A stretch of DNA of 54,006 nt. It comes from an uncultured Candidatus Saccharibacteria bacterium. GTDB taxonomy: Bacteria > Patescibacteriota > Doudnabacteria > UBA920. Location: the NCBI GenBank assembly GCA_964524915.1, contig CAZGEB010000003.1:3263-57268 (forward strand), read 5' to 3'. The translations under genes and the position numbers were made by a program. Position 1 is the stretch's first letter; each line of letters opens with the position of its first letter. The notes under the pieces were generated by a model. The model was not told where the DNA came from. It made no database searches and saw only the letters and a list, made by a program, of their open reading frames with translations. Shown here piece after piece: positions 1 to 8,509 of the stretch.

Positions 1-93
1 TATACCCCATTTATACCCATAGTTGTCAATAGCTGAGGAGAAAAATCGCTCATTTTACCATCATTTTACCTATAGAATAGGCACACAACACCA

Positions 94-1134
94 TTAAGCA
101 GGCTTTTTGCTAGTGTGCGTCAAAAAACCTACCAAAACTAGCATCAAAACCAAAAGGGCTGACAGGGCATAAAATTTGCCCTGGGACTGCAAAAACACGG
201 CAGTAAAGCCAAAAGCGCTAGATATAGCGTAATAGCACAAAACCGCCGCCTCGTGGCTAAAACCGGCATTTAAAAGCAAATGGTGGATATGCTCACGATC
301 CCCCCTAAAGGGGCTCTGGCGCCTGTAGAGACGTCGTAAAACCGCCCACGCCACATCTAGGATAGGCAGTCCCATTACCAGCACAGCAGTGGCTATTTTG
401 GCCCCAGAAAGCACAGAAAGGACCCCCAAAACAAACCCTACAAAAGTGCTACCACTTTCCCCCAAAAAGATCTTGGCAGGATGCCAGGCAAAAGGCAAAA
501 AACCCAAAAGGCTACCCGCCAAAATCAAGCTCAGAAGCGCAGTATCACTTTGTGCAATCTCTGGGCGCAAAGACAAAACAAACAAAACCAAGGCGGCGAT
601 AATCCCCACCCCAGACACTAGTCCATCTAAACCGTCCAAAATTTTTGTGGTGTAAGTAGTCGCCATTAGCCACACCCAAGTAAAGATTCCAGACAAGGGC
701 ACGCCGAGCCATACATAGTCTAAATTTATAATTCCTCCAAAAGGATTGGTTAAAAATTTTATCCCAACTCCTATACCAGACAAAACTATTACAAGCGAAG
801 CTAGAGCTGGAAAGACCCAAGCTCTTTTGGCAGACAAAGTAAATTTGTCATCCAAAAAGCCTCCAAACATCAAAATCACTCCCCCGCCAAAAATTCCAAA
901 AATAAATTTCAGCGGCAAGGATTGTAAATTTACTTGCCCTAAAAATAAAGCGGCACCCAAAGTCAAAACAAAAGCCCAGAAAATTGCAAACCCACCCAAA
1001 AGAGGTATGGGTTTTGTGTGAATTTTTCTTTTACCATCTGGTACGTCTACGCATCCAAAAGCAAAAGCCAGCTTGCCAATAACTGGAGTGAGCAAAAAAC
1101 TCAAAACCACAGCACCAAAAAAATAGCCGATCAT
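94..1134 (-). CDS. WecA/TagO-type polyprenyl-phosphate HexNAc-1-phosphate transferase (MraY superfamily, GT4)
   Basis: Multi-pass membrane protein with motifs KRKIHTKPIPLLGG, FLDDKF, ILDGLDGLVSG and DREHIHHLL. The ORF-track start at 1149 is TTG, so the first ATG (1134, MIGYFFG) is used. Confidence 0.8.
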   Translation of the reverse strand: MIGYFFGAVVLSFLLTPVIGKLAFAFGCVDVPDGKRKIHTKPIPLLGGFAIFWAFVLTLGAALFLGQVNLQSLPLKFIFGIFGGGVILMFGGFLDDKFTLSAKRAWVFPALASLVIVLSGIGVGIKFLTNPFGGIINLDYVWLGVPLSGIFTWVWLMATTYTTKILDGLDGLVSGVGIIAALVLFVLSLRPEIAQSDTALLSLILAGSLLGFLPFAWHPAKIFLGESGSTFVGFVLGVLSVLSGAKIATAVLVMGLPILDVAWAVLRRLYRRQSPFRGDREHIHHLLLNAGFSHEAAVLCYYAISSAFGFTAVFLQSQGKFYALSALLVLMLVLVGFLTHTSKKPA

Positions 1135-1162
1135 GAAATTAAATATCAAAAAATGAATATTT

Positions 1163-2839
1163 TTAATTAGCAGACTCGGGCCCGCCAGCTGTCCGCATCT
1201 CTTTCATGGTGTGAGCAGTGACTTCACCTTTGCGGGCTTTTGGAGTGACCCAAAAACCTAAATATTTACCCAACATTAAACGAGTCTGGGCGTCTATAGC
1301 TGGAATACTTCCAAAAACCAAAGACACTATAGGCACAAGCAACCACTGAGCATACATCATAAAACTTCTCCACCTGGTGTACTTTTGAGGGCGTGGCGGG
1401 AGCAAAATCAAGTTTACGTACACACTGGCTGCCAAAAAAATCAAAGAGGTGCGCAGCAAAAACTGTGTCATGCGTGGCAGATTATATGCCACCACTGTAT
1501 CCAAAAATTCCGCCCCACCCAAAAACAAAGGCAAAAGTCCCAAAACAGCAATCAAAAGACTGGCGGTAGCCCAATTGAAATTTCCTTCTACGTACTGGAA
1601 AAGCTTGAGGAACTTGTCGCGGAACGGCGCCTTGGATTTTATCAAAGGCCAAATCAAATGTGGATAGTACTCTACATTATACGCCCAACGCTGCTTTTGC
1701 TTGTACTGATTTTTCAAAGTTTGCCAAGTAGTGGAATCCAAACAGGTATCTAAACTGATAGGCAAAAAGAGCGGCACCACCTGAAAATCTCCCTGGTAAT
1801 GTAGATAACACTGCCAAAAAATAAACCCGTCTTCATTTACCAAATCCACTTTCCAAAACCCAACGTCCACCAAAGTCTTTAGTGGAATACTATGAGAAGA
1901 AAAAGTGCGCAATCTGTCCGGACGAGAGCTTTCCGTAAACTGCCAAAATGAATTGGAAACGGAAACTACGCGAATCAAAGCTGGGGCATCCCAGATATTA
2001 TTATTATAGACAGCGATCGGCTGGTAACTAGAGTTGTATGGTTTTTCTGCAGTCAAAAATTCATAAGTCACTCTAGCAAAATATTGCGGATGCACCACGG
2101 TATCACTATCAAAATTGGAAACAATCACGTTTTCTATAGGAATGCCAAGCTTTTCTAGCTCTGGTAGCTGTGCGCGCGCCGCCCAAGAAGCGTTTGCACT
2201 CTTGCCTTTGAGCTCCCCCACAATACCATCTGGGTGAACAGTCACCACTAGTCTTCCAAAAACATTTTGATATTTTTCCAAAATTTGTCTTGCGACCTCT
2301 TGTGCGCTTTCTCCCCCACGCTCTTCACTGGCAAGGACTACAAAAATTTTGTCCATTGGGTACTGAACTTTTGATAGAGCTTCTACAGTACTGGACAGTA
2401 TTTCAAAAGACTCATTATAAAAAGGCAACAGCACCAAATGATAAATCTCTTTGTAATCCCCCACTTGTCTACTGAATTTTTCTAAACGGATTTTTTCCCT
2501 GGCAAAATAATTTCTGGCTGTTCTTCTCGGGTCCTCTTTGGCTTCTTTTGCTAATTGTTTAATAAACTCCGGAGTATTACCAGACATATACTGCAAGCGC
2601 TCTAGCCAATTCAAAGTCGTATGAATCCGAAAAACCAAATAACTGGCCAAAAGATGCGTCGCAACATTGAGAGCTTTTAGCACCCAATACAAATCAAAAC
2701 AAATAATAAAAATAGAAGTCCAAAGCGGCTGATATTTGGCCATCAAAACCGCCAAAATCATGGTTCCCCAAAACATAATTCCAGGGAGAACTTCCCAAAA
2801 TCTTTCCGTCCGAGTCCTTTTTCTAAAAGCTTCACTCAT
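1163..2839 (-). CDS. Membrane-embedded processive family-2 glycosyltransferase
   Basis: TM segments flank a GT-A domain. Motifs: LLPFYNES, VSNFDSDT and QKQRWAYN (QxxRW). The track start at 2902 is TTG and translates a repeat, so ATG 2839 (MSEAFRK) is preferred. Confidence 0.75.
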   Translation of the reverse strand: MSEAFRKRTRTERFWEVLPGIMFWGTMILAVLMAKYQPLWTSIFIICFDLYWVLKALNVATHLLASYLVFRIHTTLNWLERLQYMSGNTPEFIKQLAKEAKEDPRRTARNYFAREKIRLEKFSRQVGDYKEIYHLVLLPFYNESFEILSSTVEALSKVQYPMDKIFVVLASEERGGESAQEVARQILEKYQNVFGRLVVTVHPDGIVGELKGKSANASWAARAQLPELEKLGIPIENVIVSNFDSDTVVHPQYFARVTYEFLTAEKPYNSSYQPIAVYNNNIWDAPALIRVVSVSNSFWQFTESSRPDRLRTFSSHSIPLKTLVDVGFWKVDLVNEDGFIFWQCYLHYQGDFQVVPLFLPISLDTCLDSTTWQTLKNQYKQKQRWAYNVEYYPHLIWPLIKSKAPFRDKFLKLFQYVEGNFNWATASLLIAVLGLLPLFLGGAEFLDTVVAYNLPRMTQFLLRTSLIFLAASVYVNLILLPPRPQKYTRWRSFMMYAQWLLVPIVSLVFGSIPAIDAQTRLMLGKYLGFWVTPKARKGEVTAHTMKEMRTAGGPESAN

Positions 2840-2860
2840 ATGTGATAAAATAAAAATATA

Positions 2861-2960
2861 GAAGTGAGGATTGAGCCTTGAGTGATGAGTTGTGCAATTC
2901 AAGCTGTATTGAAAAAGAAAAGGGTCTCACTCACTTCTCATCCCTCACTCCTCACTTCTG
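2861..2960. repeat. Inverted degenerate heptamer tracts in the divergent GT2 / GT-C intergenic region
   Basis: GAAGTGA GGATTGA GCCTTGA GTGATGA (2861-2888) faces CTCACTC ACTTCTC ATCCCTC ACTCCTC ACTTCTG (2926-2960). A related copy ACTCAAGGCTCACTCCTCAC lies in the CDS at about 3304-3323. Confidence 0.5.
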
Positions 2961-2984
2961 CTTATTATAATAAAACCACAAAAT

Positions 2985-5018
2985 ATGGAAAGAATCAAGC
3001 GGCATTTGTTTTGGGTACTCCCATCTCTAATTTTTCTGACAGCCCTAGCCTTTAGAACCTACAAACTTTTTATACTCCCAGCCGGACTTTTTCCCGATGA
3101 AGCAGCTAACGGACTGGACATTAATTTAATGGAGCAAGGCCATCTTCAGCCATTTTACGAAAGAGGTAATGGCAGAGAAGCCTTGTTTTTTTATATGCTT
3201 TGGGGTAGTGTAAAAATTTTTGGCAGAAGTCCTTTTGCCCATCATTTAGTCTCAGCCCTGGTTGGCACCCTGGCTGTAGCGGCTTGCTATTTTGTAACCA
3301 AAGAAATATTCAGACTCAAGGCTCACTCCTCACGTCTCACGGCTTATCTGGCCGCCTTCCTCATGGCCGTCTCTTCCTGGCACGTAGTTTTATCCCGCAC
3401 AGCCTTTAGGGCCAATTTAATTCCACTTTTGTCAGCCCTCACTCTGTGGGCGATGTTGAAAATAGTAACAAGAGACAAGCAAAAAGTAACAAGTAAACAG
3501 AATCCCGCTGCAAAATCGCTATTCGCTATTCGCTATTCGCTATTCCCCATCCTTTTCGGCATTTTCTTCGCCCTTGGATTTTATACCTACATAGCTTTTC
3601 GCATCATGATTCCGCTTGTGGGTATTTTGATTCTCTGGCCAACCGCGGCCTTTCTTCTGTCATCCCGTGCTACGACACGGGATCTTTACTTAATTTCTAA
3701 TAGCGAACAAAAAAGTGAAGCCGCCGAACTCCATACGGACAATAAAACAAAAAACGATTTCGGATCAAAACTCAAAATATTATTTCAAAATTTTTGGAAA
3801 CCTTTTTTGATTGCCGCAGTCAGTTTTGTAATAGTCATCTCCCCACTAGCTCATTATTTCTATACTCACCCAGGCAGCTTTGTTGGCCGAAGCGGACAAG
3901 TAAGTGTGTTTAATGTGGAATTAAATCATGGAGATCTAATCGGCACTATTTGGCAAGTAAGCAAGGACTCCATACTCGCCTACTTTACCCACGGAGATGT
4001 AAATTGGCGACACAATATTTCAGGCTTTCCTTTTCTTTCTCCTTTCATCTCGCCTTTTTTCGCCATTGGCTTAATTCTGTGTCTCTTGTTCGCTATTCGC
4101 TACACGCTAAGGCCTATACGCTATCGCCAGAACTACCCTGAATTTCTCCTTACTGGATGGTTTTTTGCCATGCTCTTGCCGGTGATCATGACGGCCGAAG
4201 GCATCCCTCACGGACTAAGAAGTATCGGCACTATTCCAGTAGTATTTATTATCACAGCTTATGGAATGTGTAAGGTTTATAATTGTCTCATGTTGTATGT
4301 CATCCCGGACAAGGCCGAGGCTTTGAGAGGCCGTGATCCGGGATCTTTATTAGAAAGCAAGGATACGGATGCTGAAAAAATATTGCAAGTAAGCAAAGAT
4401 CCCGGACATTTTCCCAAAGCGGAAAATTCCGGGATGACAGAAAAGATTGTCCGCGGGCTATCTTTTCTATATATTGCGTTTCTCCTCATCGCCTTACCCG
4501 TTCAAACTTATCAACTCTATTTTGTTACGGCTGCCAATTCTTCTGAAAACTACGAAGCTTTTCGTGGCGATCTGACAGTTGTCAGCGAATATTTAAAACA
4601 GTATGGACACAGAGAAACCACTTATTTAATTCTAGATAAATTTTCTGTGCAAACCACGGACTACCTCACTACCAAAGTCGGCAAGACTTCTTGCGACAGA
4701 GACTCCGCCTATCGCCCAAATAACTGTATAGATGATGCAAGTAACAAACCTTATACTCAAGTAGACCCAGAGGATTCTTGGCTAGGAGGTATGGCCCCCT
4801 CTCCTTCTGAGGAGAGGGCTGGGAAGAGGTTGGCTTCCGATAATACCAAACCTTCCCCTTACACTTATGGACTTAAAAGCGGAGACGAAATCGTTTTTAC
4901 CATGAGTTCACTTTTCGACATTAAAAAATTCAAACAGTACCACCCGAATGTAAAACTAAAACTTTTTGAAAAAAACACTGCGGGAAAATACATTATGGCA
5001 GTATATGTGGTTCAGTAA
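2985..5018 (+). CDS. GT-C fold glycosyltransferase, ArnT/PMT-like (GT39/GT83 type)
   Basis: N-terminal LFPDEAANGLD loop motif, many TM helices and a soluble C-terminal domain. The gene is interrupted by several repeat-derived peptide segments. Confidence 0.75.
   Translation: MERIKRHLFWVLPSLIFLTALAFRTYKLFILPAGLFPDEAANGLDINLMEQGHLQPFYERGNGREALFFYMLWGSVKIFGRSPFAHHLVSALVGTLAVAACYFVTKEIFRLKAHSSRLTAYLAAFLMAVSSWHVVLSRTAFRANLIPLLSALTLWAMLKIVTRDKQKVTSKQNPAAKSLFAIRYSLFPILFGIFFALGFYTYIAFRIMIPLVGILILWPTAAFLLSSRATTRDLYLISNSEQKSEAAELHTDNKTKNDFGSKLKILFQNFWKPFLIAAVSFVIVISPLAHYFYTHPGSFVGRSGQVSVFNVELNHGDLIGTIWQVSKDSILAYFTHGDVNWRHNISGFPFLSPFISPFFAIGLILCLLFAIRYTLRPIRYRQNYPEFLLTGWFFAMLLPVIMTAEGIPHGLRSIGTIPVVFIITAYGMCKVYNCLMLYVIPDKAEALRGRDPGSLLESKDTDAEKILQVSKDPGHFPKAENSGMTEKIVRGLSFLYIAFLLIALPVQTYQLYFVTAANSSENYEAFRGDLTVVSEYLKQYGHRETTYLILDKFSVQTTDYLTTKVGKTSCDRDSAYRPNNCIDDASNKPYTQVDPEDSWLGGMAPSPSEERAGKRLASDNTKPSPYTYGLKSGDEIVFTMSSLFDIKKFKQYHPNVKLKLFEKNTAGKYIMAVYVVQ
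3516..3543 (+). repeat. Heptamer tandem array (TCGCTAT)x4, in frame in GT-C gene 1
   Basis: Four perfect copies, translated as SLFAIRYSLF. A degenerate second tract lies at about 4087-4130. Confidence 0.9.
3657..3686. mobile_element. Family-A hairpin element, single module, in frame in a GT-C gene
   Basis: CTGTCATCCCGTG-CTACGA-CACGGGATCTTTA. It is 31 of 32 nt identical to the intergenic copy at 21767-21798 and is translated as LSSRATTRDL. Confidence 0.8.
4298..4440. mobile_element. Family-A composite mini-element (two inverted hairpin modules plus spacer), in frame
   Basis: Left end TGTCATCCCGGACAAGG..TCCGGGATC (4298-4346), right end GATCCCGGACA..TTCCGGGATGACA (4397-4439). The outward termini are a perfect 12-bp inverted repeat TGTCATCCCGGA. 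Translated as VIPDKAEALRGRDPGS..KDPGHFPKAENSGMT. Confidence 0.8.
4795..4833 (+). repeat. Family-B element, in frame in GT-C gene 1
   Basis: CCCTCTCC-TTCTGA-GGAGAGGG-CTGGGAAGAGGTTGG, translated as PSPSEERAGKRL. Confidence 0.8.
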
Positions 5019-5021
5019 GTC

Positions 5022-5049
5022 AAGAATAGCGAATAAAGAATAAAGAATT
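5022..5049 (+). repeat. Heptamer array (AAGAATA-like)x4 abutting the ATG of ORF 5050
   Basis: AAGAATA GCGAATA AAGAATA AAGAATT, followed directly by ATG. Confidence 0.8.
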
Positions 5050-5469
5050 ATGAAAAAAGAAACCCCACGAGCAAGCCAAGTGGAAAAACTCAGACAAATC
5101 GCCAAAGAACTGGCATATCGGGCGATAGAAATTTCTAATAAATACTGCGACGCGGAACAAGGGATGGATGGTTGGAGCATGCATGATTTGGTTGGCTCTA
5201 TTGCCGGGGGTGCTGCCGCGGCAGCAGAAATAGATGTTTTAGAAGAGACCCCAGGAAAACACGACGAAGAAATATCAGAAAGAATGCGATTAATGAACTT
5301 GTATTTAGAACTATTAGAAAGAAATGCAGAAGCTCGCCAGCAAGAATTGCAATCTGAAAAACGCGGCAATGAGCAAGCTTGGCTGGCAGCCCTCAAAGCT
5401 AGAGAACAAGGACTTTCACATCACACAGAATATATAAAAGCTGTATTAAAACAATTTAACTATCTATAG
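5050..5469 (+). CDS. Hypothetical helical/coiled-coil protein
   Basis: 139-aa ORF with an ATG start and a charged helical composition, lying between the two GT-C genes. The antisense ORF 4956..5396 looks like a shadow. Confidence 0.5.
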   Translation: MKKETPRASQVEKLRQIAKELAYRAIEISNKYCDAEQGMDGWSMHDLVGSIAGGAAAAAEIDVLEETPGKHDEEISERMRLMNLYLELLERNAEARQQELQSEKRGNEQAWLAALKAREQGLSHHTEYIKAVLKQFNYL

Positions 5470-5492
5470 ACCATCTACATAAAAACAAAACC

Positions 5493-7334
5493 ATGACCAA
5501 ATATAAAAACTATTTATTGTTGGGTATTATAGTTACTGTGGGACTAGGGATGCGGATTTTTCACAATCTAGATATTTCCCTTTGGCATGATGAGGCTTTT
5601 TCAGCACTGCTCATAAAATATCCATGGGGAGAAATGATGCATAGAATTGGTCTAGACGTGCATCCACCTATGTACTATATAGCTTTAAGATTTTGGAGTT
5701 ATATTTTTGGCGACTCACTGGCCGCTCTCCGAGGGTTTTCTATTTTCTTTGGAACAGCAACGATCATAGCAGTGTATGAATTGGTGAAGGCGATTACGAG
5801 TGGCGAGTGGCGAGTGACTAGCACAAAACAAAACTTTTCTGTCATCCCGACCTCCTCTTCTGTCATCCCGGCGGAGGCCGGGATCCACACAAAGCTGGAA
5901 AAATCAAAAGCAATAGATGATAAAGAAAAATACATGGATCCCGGTCTTCCCGCGGTCGCCCAAAGCAGCTCCCTTGTAGAAACCGGGATGACAAGAAATC
6001 TAGTCACTCACAATACGATATACGCTCCACTCCTGGCAGCTCTTCTTGTGGCGATCAATCCTTTTCAAATTGGTTTTTCTCTAGAGGCCCGCATGTATAC
6101 TTTTGGCGCTTTTTTGGCTGTACTAGCTGCGTATTTTCTTGTCCGTGCATTAAAAGCTACAAGCTACAAGCTACAAGCTACAAGCTATTTTATGTTTGCG
6201 GTAGCTTCCGGACTAGCCATACTTACTCATTATTATCTGATCTTCACTATAGCAGCACTATGTTTGTATGGACTCTTCCAAACAGCTACAAGCTACAAGC
6301 TACAAGCTACAAGCTTAAAAGCACAAATAGCAAATTACAAATCTAAAACTTGGCAATTAATCTTTTCTTATATTATTATCGGAGGATCCTTCCTTCCCTG
6401 GCTAAAAATATTTTTCTTTCAGTTCAAACAAGTAGGAAACGGGTACTGGATCCCAAAAATGGACCTCTGGAGCATGCCATCCACTATTTACGAAATGCTA
6501 GTAGGCGCTGGGGTAGATGCCCACAAAACCAGCACACAAATAATTCTGATTCTGGTAACGGCTGCGATTGTTTATATTACGATTTCATTTTTACGCAAAT
6601 CAAATCTCGCTTACAAAGGCTTGATTATTTTTGCCTGGCTAGCTCCTTTTGTGGGCTCGCTACTTTTTGCAGCGCTTGCCAAACTAAAAGGCAGCGATTC
6701 CTCTGTGTACTTGATTCGCTATTTTGCTTTTTCAGCTCCCTTTTTTAGTATAATGCTCGCCACGTGGCTAGGAGAATTACGGGTTATACCTGCCCGCTCG
6801 GATGGTGATAGTTACGGGTTACGGGTTGCAAAACTCAGGATCTTTATTCTTTATTCTTTATTCTTTATTCTGCTAATAACCAATCTCTACACTTTTTCAC
6901 ACTACTGGAAAGAACTAAATGTAAAAGAAAAACCAGGCATGAAAGCCGCCGTGGAACTTTTAAAAAATAATACCAAGCAAGGTGATATTTTGATCGTGGG
7001 AAGCAGCTTTGAATTTTTTAATCTGAAGTATTACTTGAACCAGCTATCAGCTAACAGCTATCAGCTAACAGCTAAGTTGTACAGTGGTGGACAAACAACT
7101 ATAGACAACATGCCGCACTTTGCTGGCACGGCAATTCTAACTAACGAGGATTTGCTTCCAAATTTTGAAAGCATTGATTCTGGTAATACTGTATGGCTGC
7201 TTTGGACCAATGGTTTTGGTGGAAATAAACCAGAAGTACCAAGTAATTGGACGCAAGAAGAAGAACACGGCTTCGCAGAAGTCAGACCATATGTAGGCAC
7301 TTGGATTGTAGTGGATAAATATAAAATCAAATAA
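5493..7334 (+). CDS. GT-C fold glycosyltransferase, ArnT/PMT-like (second paralog)
   Basis: ISLWHDEAFSALL motif after TM1, multiple TM helices and a soluble C-terminal domain. It carries many repeat-derived insertions. Confidence 0.75.
   Translation: MTKYKNYLLLGIIVTVGLGMRIFHNLDISLWHDEAFSALLIKYPWGEMMHRIGLDVHPPMYYIALRFWSYIFGDSLAALRGFSIFFGTATIIAVYELVKAITSGEWRVTSTKQNFSVIPTSSSVIPAEAGIHTKLEKSKAIDDKEKYMDPGLPAVAQSSSLVETGMTRNLVTHNTIYAPLLAALLVAINPFQIGFSLEARMYTFGAFLAVLAAYFLVRALKATSYKLQATSYFMFAVASGLAILTHYYLIFTIAALCLYGLFQTATSYKLQATSLKAQIANYKSKTWQLIFSYIIIGGSFLPWLKIFFFQFKQVGNGYWIPKMDLWSMPSTIYEMLVGAGVDAHKTSTQIILILVTAAIVYITISFLRKSNLAYKGLIIFAWLAPFVGSLLFAALAKLKGSDSSVYLIRYFAFSAPFFSIMLATWLGELRVIPARSDGDSYGLRVAKLRIFILYSLFFILLITNLYTFSHYWKELNVKEKPGMKAAVELLKNNTKQGDILIVGSSFEFFNLKYYLNQLSANSYQLTAKLYSGGQTTIDNMPHFAGTAILTNEDLLPNFESIDSGNTVWLLWTNGFGGNKPEVPSNWTQEEEHGFAEVRPYVGTWIVVDKYKIK
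5797..5817 (+). repeat. Heptamer array (CGAGTGG)x3, in frame in GT-C gene 2
   Basis: CGAGTGG CGAGTGG CGAGTGA, translated as SGEWRVT. Confidence 0.8.
5839..5995. mobile_element. Family-A composite mini-element with an extra partial terminus, in frame
   Basis: Partial CTGTCATCCCGA (5839-5850), then the full module TGTCATCCCGGC-GGAG-GCCGGGATCC (5861-5886). An AT-rich spacer follows, then the inverted module GGATCCCGGTCTTCCCGCGG..GAAACCGGGATGACA (5936-5993). Confidence 0.8.
6155..6187 (+). repeat. Heptamer array (AGCTACA)x4+, in frame in GT-C gene 2
   Basis: Four perfect copies plus a partial copy, translated as KATSYKLQATSY. Confidence 0.9.
6284..6316 (+). repeat. Heptamer array (AGCTACA)x4+, second copy in GT-C gene 2
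   Basis: Four perfect copies plus a partial copy, translated as TATSYKLQATSLK. Confidence 0.9.
6777..6868 (+). repeat. Composite of TTACGGG heptamers, a GC-rich core and (TCTTTAT)x4, in frame in GT-C gene 2
   Basis: TTACGGG TTATACC TGCCCGCTCGGATGGTGATAG TTACGGG TTACGGG .. TCTTTAT x4 (6841-6868), translated as LRVIPARSDGDSYGLRVAKLRIFILYSLFFIL. Confidence 0.8.
7041..7075 (+). repeat. Heptamer array (CAGCTAW)x5, in frame in GT-C gene 2
   Basis: CAGCTAT CAGCTAA CAGCTAT CAGCTAA CAGCTAA, translated as QLSANSYQLTAK. Confidence 0.85.
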
Positions 7335-7351
7335 ACTATCAAAATAGCCAT

Positions 7352-7378
7352 ACAAAAAGAGTCCGCCAGCTGGCGGAC
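7352..7378 (-). terminator. Intrinsic terminator after ftsQ, between convergent genes
   Basis: Perfect 18-nt palindrome GTCCGCCAGCTGGCGGAC, followed on the minus strand by TCTTTTTGTAT. Confidence 0.65.
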
Positions 7379-7391
7379 CCATATCTTACGA

Positions 7392-8456
7392 CTATTCAGC
7401 TACCTTCCAAGGCAATTTTTCTGCACACGGCGTAGACTCTAAGCAGAGATACCCTCTTCCAGCATACCGCATATCCAAATAAACGATTTTTTGTAAACGG
7501 TCACGAGACTGTTTACTCAAAACCAAATCCAGCTGAGATTTTAAATCATCTGGATTTTGTTTTAATTGCAAAAGCAAATAAAAACTCCTCTCCGTACCAA
7601 GAACGGACTTGGCCTCCAAAACCAGCTCCCCAGACAATTCATCTTGCTGTTTGTAAATAATATCACGGGGCAAGCTATTAGTCTGGATCAAAGGATCACC
7701 TGTAGTGACATCGTCGCCAAAAATCTTTTCTAACGCTTTTTCTTGAGGCTTTTCTAAAAGCACCAAAGGTAAAACTTCAATTCCCAAAACATTAGATATC
7801 CCAGACTGCACTACAGCACGAGTCAATCCAGACATCTTTATAGCCAAGTCCTTGTTTAAATTTTCCCCGGATATAACTCCACTGAGGCCAGCATTCCATC
7901 GTAACTTAGGCACTCCAGAAGAGGCAGGATCATTTAGATCATTCTGAAAAAGATAAAGACCATCCTCACCAAAAATTTTATTTTTTCCATCCTGCTCTAC
8001 TTTAAAAGTAGGGGTGCGTGGTTGTAATTGTATCAAGACTTTGCTGGGCCAATCCTCCTTTACAGAGATAACCTCCAAAACATCTGATCTTTTTTCCAGC
8101 AAACGAGTCAGATCATCTGTATCGAAAAGTAAGAGGCTCTGTTCACGCATACCAAAAAAACGACTGTTGGATAAATACTCTTTCACTTGAGAGACGACAC
8201 TCTGATTATTTTCACCCAAACCATCAACTACAATTTCTTTGATTTGAAAATAAGAACCAAAAATTAAATAATAAAAAATCAACAAAGTAGGCACAAGACA
8301 CCCCAGTAAAATATTTCTGAGTAGCTCCTTCTTTCCCCACTTCTTTTTCACCATTGGCAAAGTTGGCCTAGCCGCTGCACCAAAATTAAAAAATCTAGAG
8401 AGGAAGGAAACTCGAACTTTTTTATGATTGTCTGTTTTTACTTCATGTAAACGCAT
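7392..8456 (-). CDS. ftsQ: Cell-division protein FtsQ-like (single TM plus POTRA-like domain)
   Basis: Basic N-terminus, one TM (LLGCLVPTLLIFYYLIF), then IKEIVVDGL as at the start of a POTRA domain. The gene lies directly downstream of murF. Confidence 0.5.
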   Translation of the reverse strand: MRLHEVKTDNHKKVRVSFLSRFFNFGAAARPTLPMVKKKWGKKELLRNILLGCLVPTLLIFYYLIFGSYFQIKEIVVDGLGENNQSVVSQVKEYLSNSRFFGMREQSLLLFDTDDLTRLLEKRSDVLEVISVKEDWPSKVLIQLQPRTPTFKVEQDGKNKIFGEDGLYLFQNDLNDPASSGVPKLRWNAGLSGVISGENLNKDLAIKMSGLTRAVVQSGISNVLGIEVLPLVLLEKPQEKALEKIFGDDVTTGDPLIQTNSLPRDIIYKQQDELSGELVLEAKSVLGTERSFYLLLQLKQNPDDLKSQLDLVLSKQSRDRLQKIVYLDMRYAGRGYLCLESTPCAEKLPWKVAE

Positions 8457-8509
8457 GCGGTTTTGTTCTCAAAAAATATAACGCTGAATAAACGATACCA
8501 ATATTTTTA

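Noticed and set aside
1-93. Leading 93 nt and other short intergenic spacers scanned for tRNA genes
   Set aside because: I saw no cloverleaf-compatible sequence with a GTTCRANYC T-loop motif anywhere in the window.
389-1021. Plus-strand ORFs 389..655 and 746..1021 (Lys/Pro-rich)
   Set aside because: They lie antisense to a well-supported membrane transferase gene. Their low-complexity composition is typical of shadow frames.
1135-1149. N-terminal extensions given by the ORF track at 1149, 2902, 26005, 29113, 40193, 40957, 51210, 51736 and 53504
   Set aside because: Seven of these starts were checked and are TTG (1149, 2902, 26005, 40193, 40957, 51736) or GTG (51210). The start codons at 29113 and 53504 were not checked. 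The extensions overlap upstream genes, translate repeat elements or include terminator hairpins. The first in-frame ATG gives sensible N-termini (signal peptides or conserved starts).
4956-5396. Minus-strand ORF of 146 aa overlapping ORF 5050..5469
   Set aside because: It is Cys/Ser-rich with an implausible composition and overlaps the end of the GT-C gene. The plus-strand ORF has an ATG start and a normal helical protein composition.
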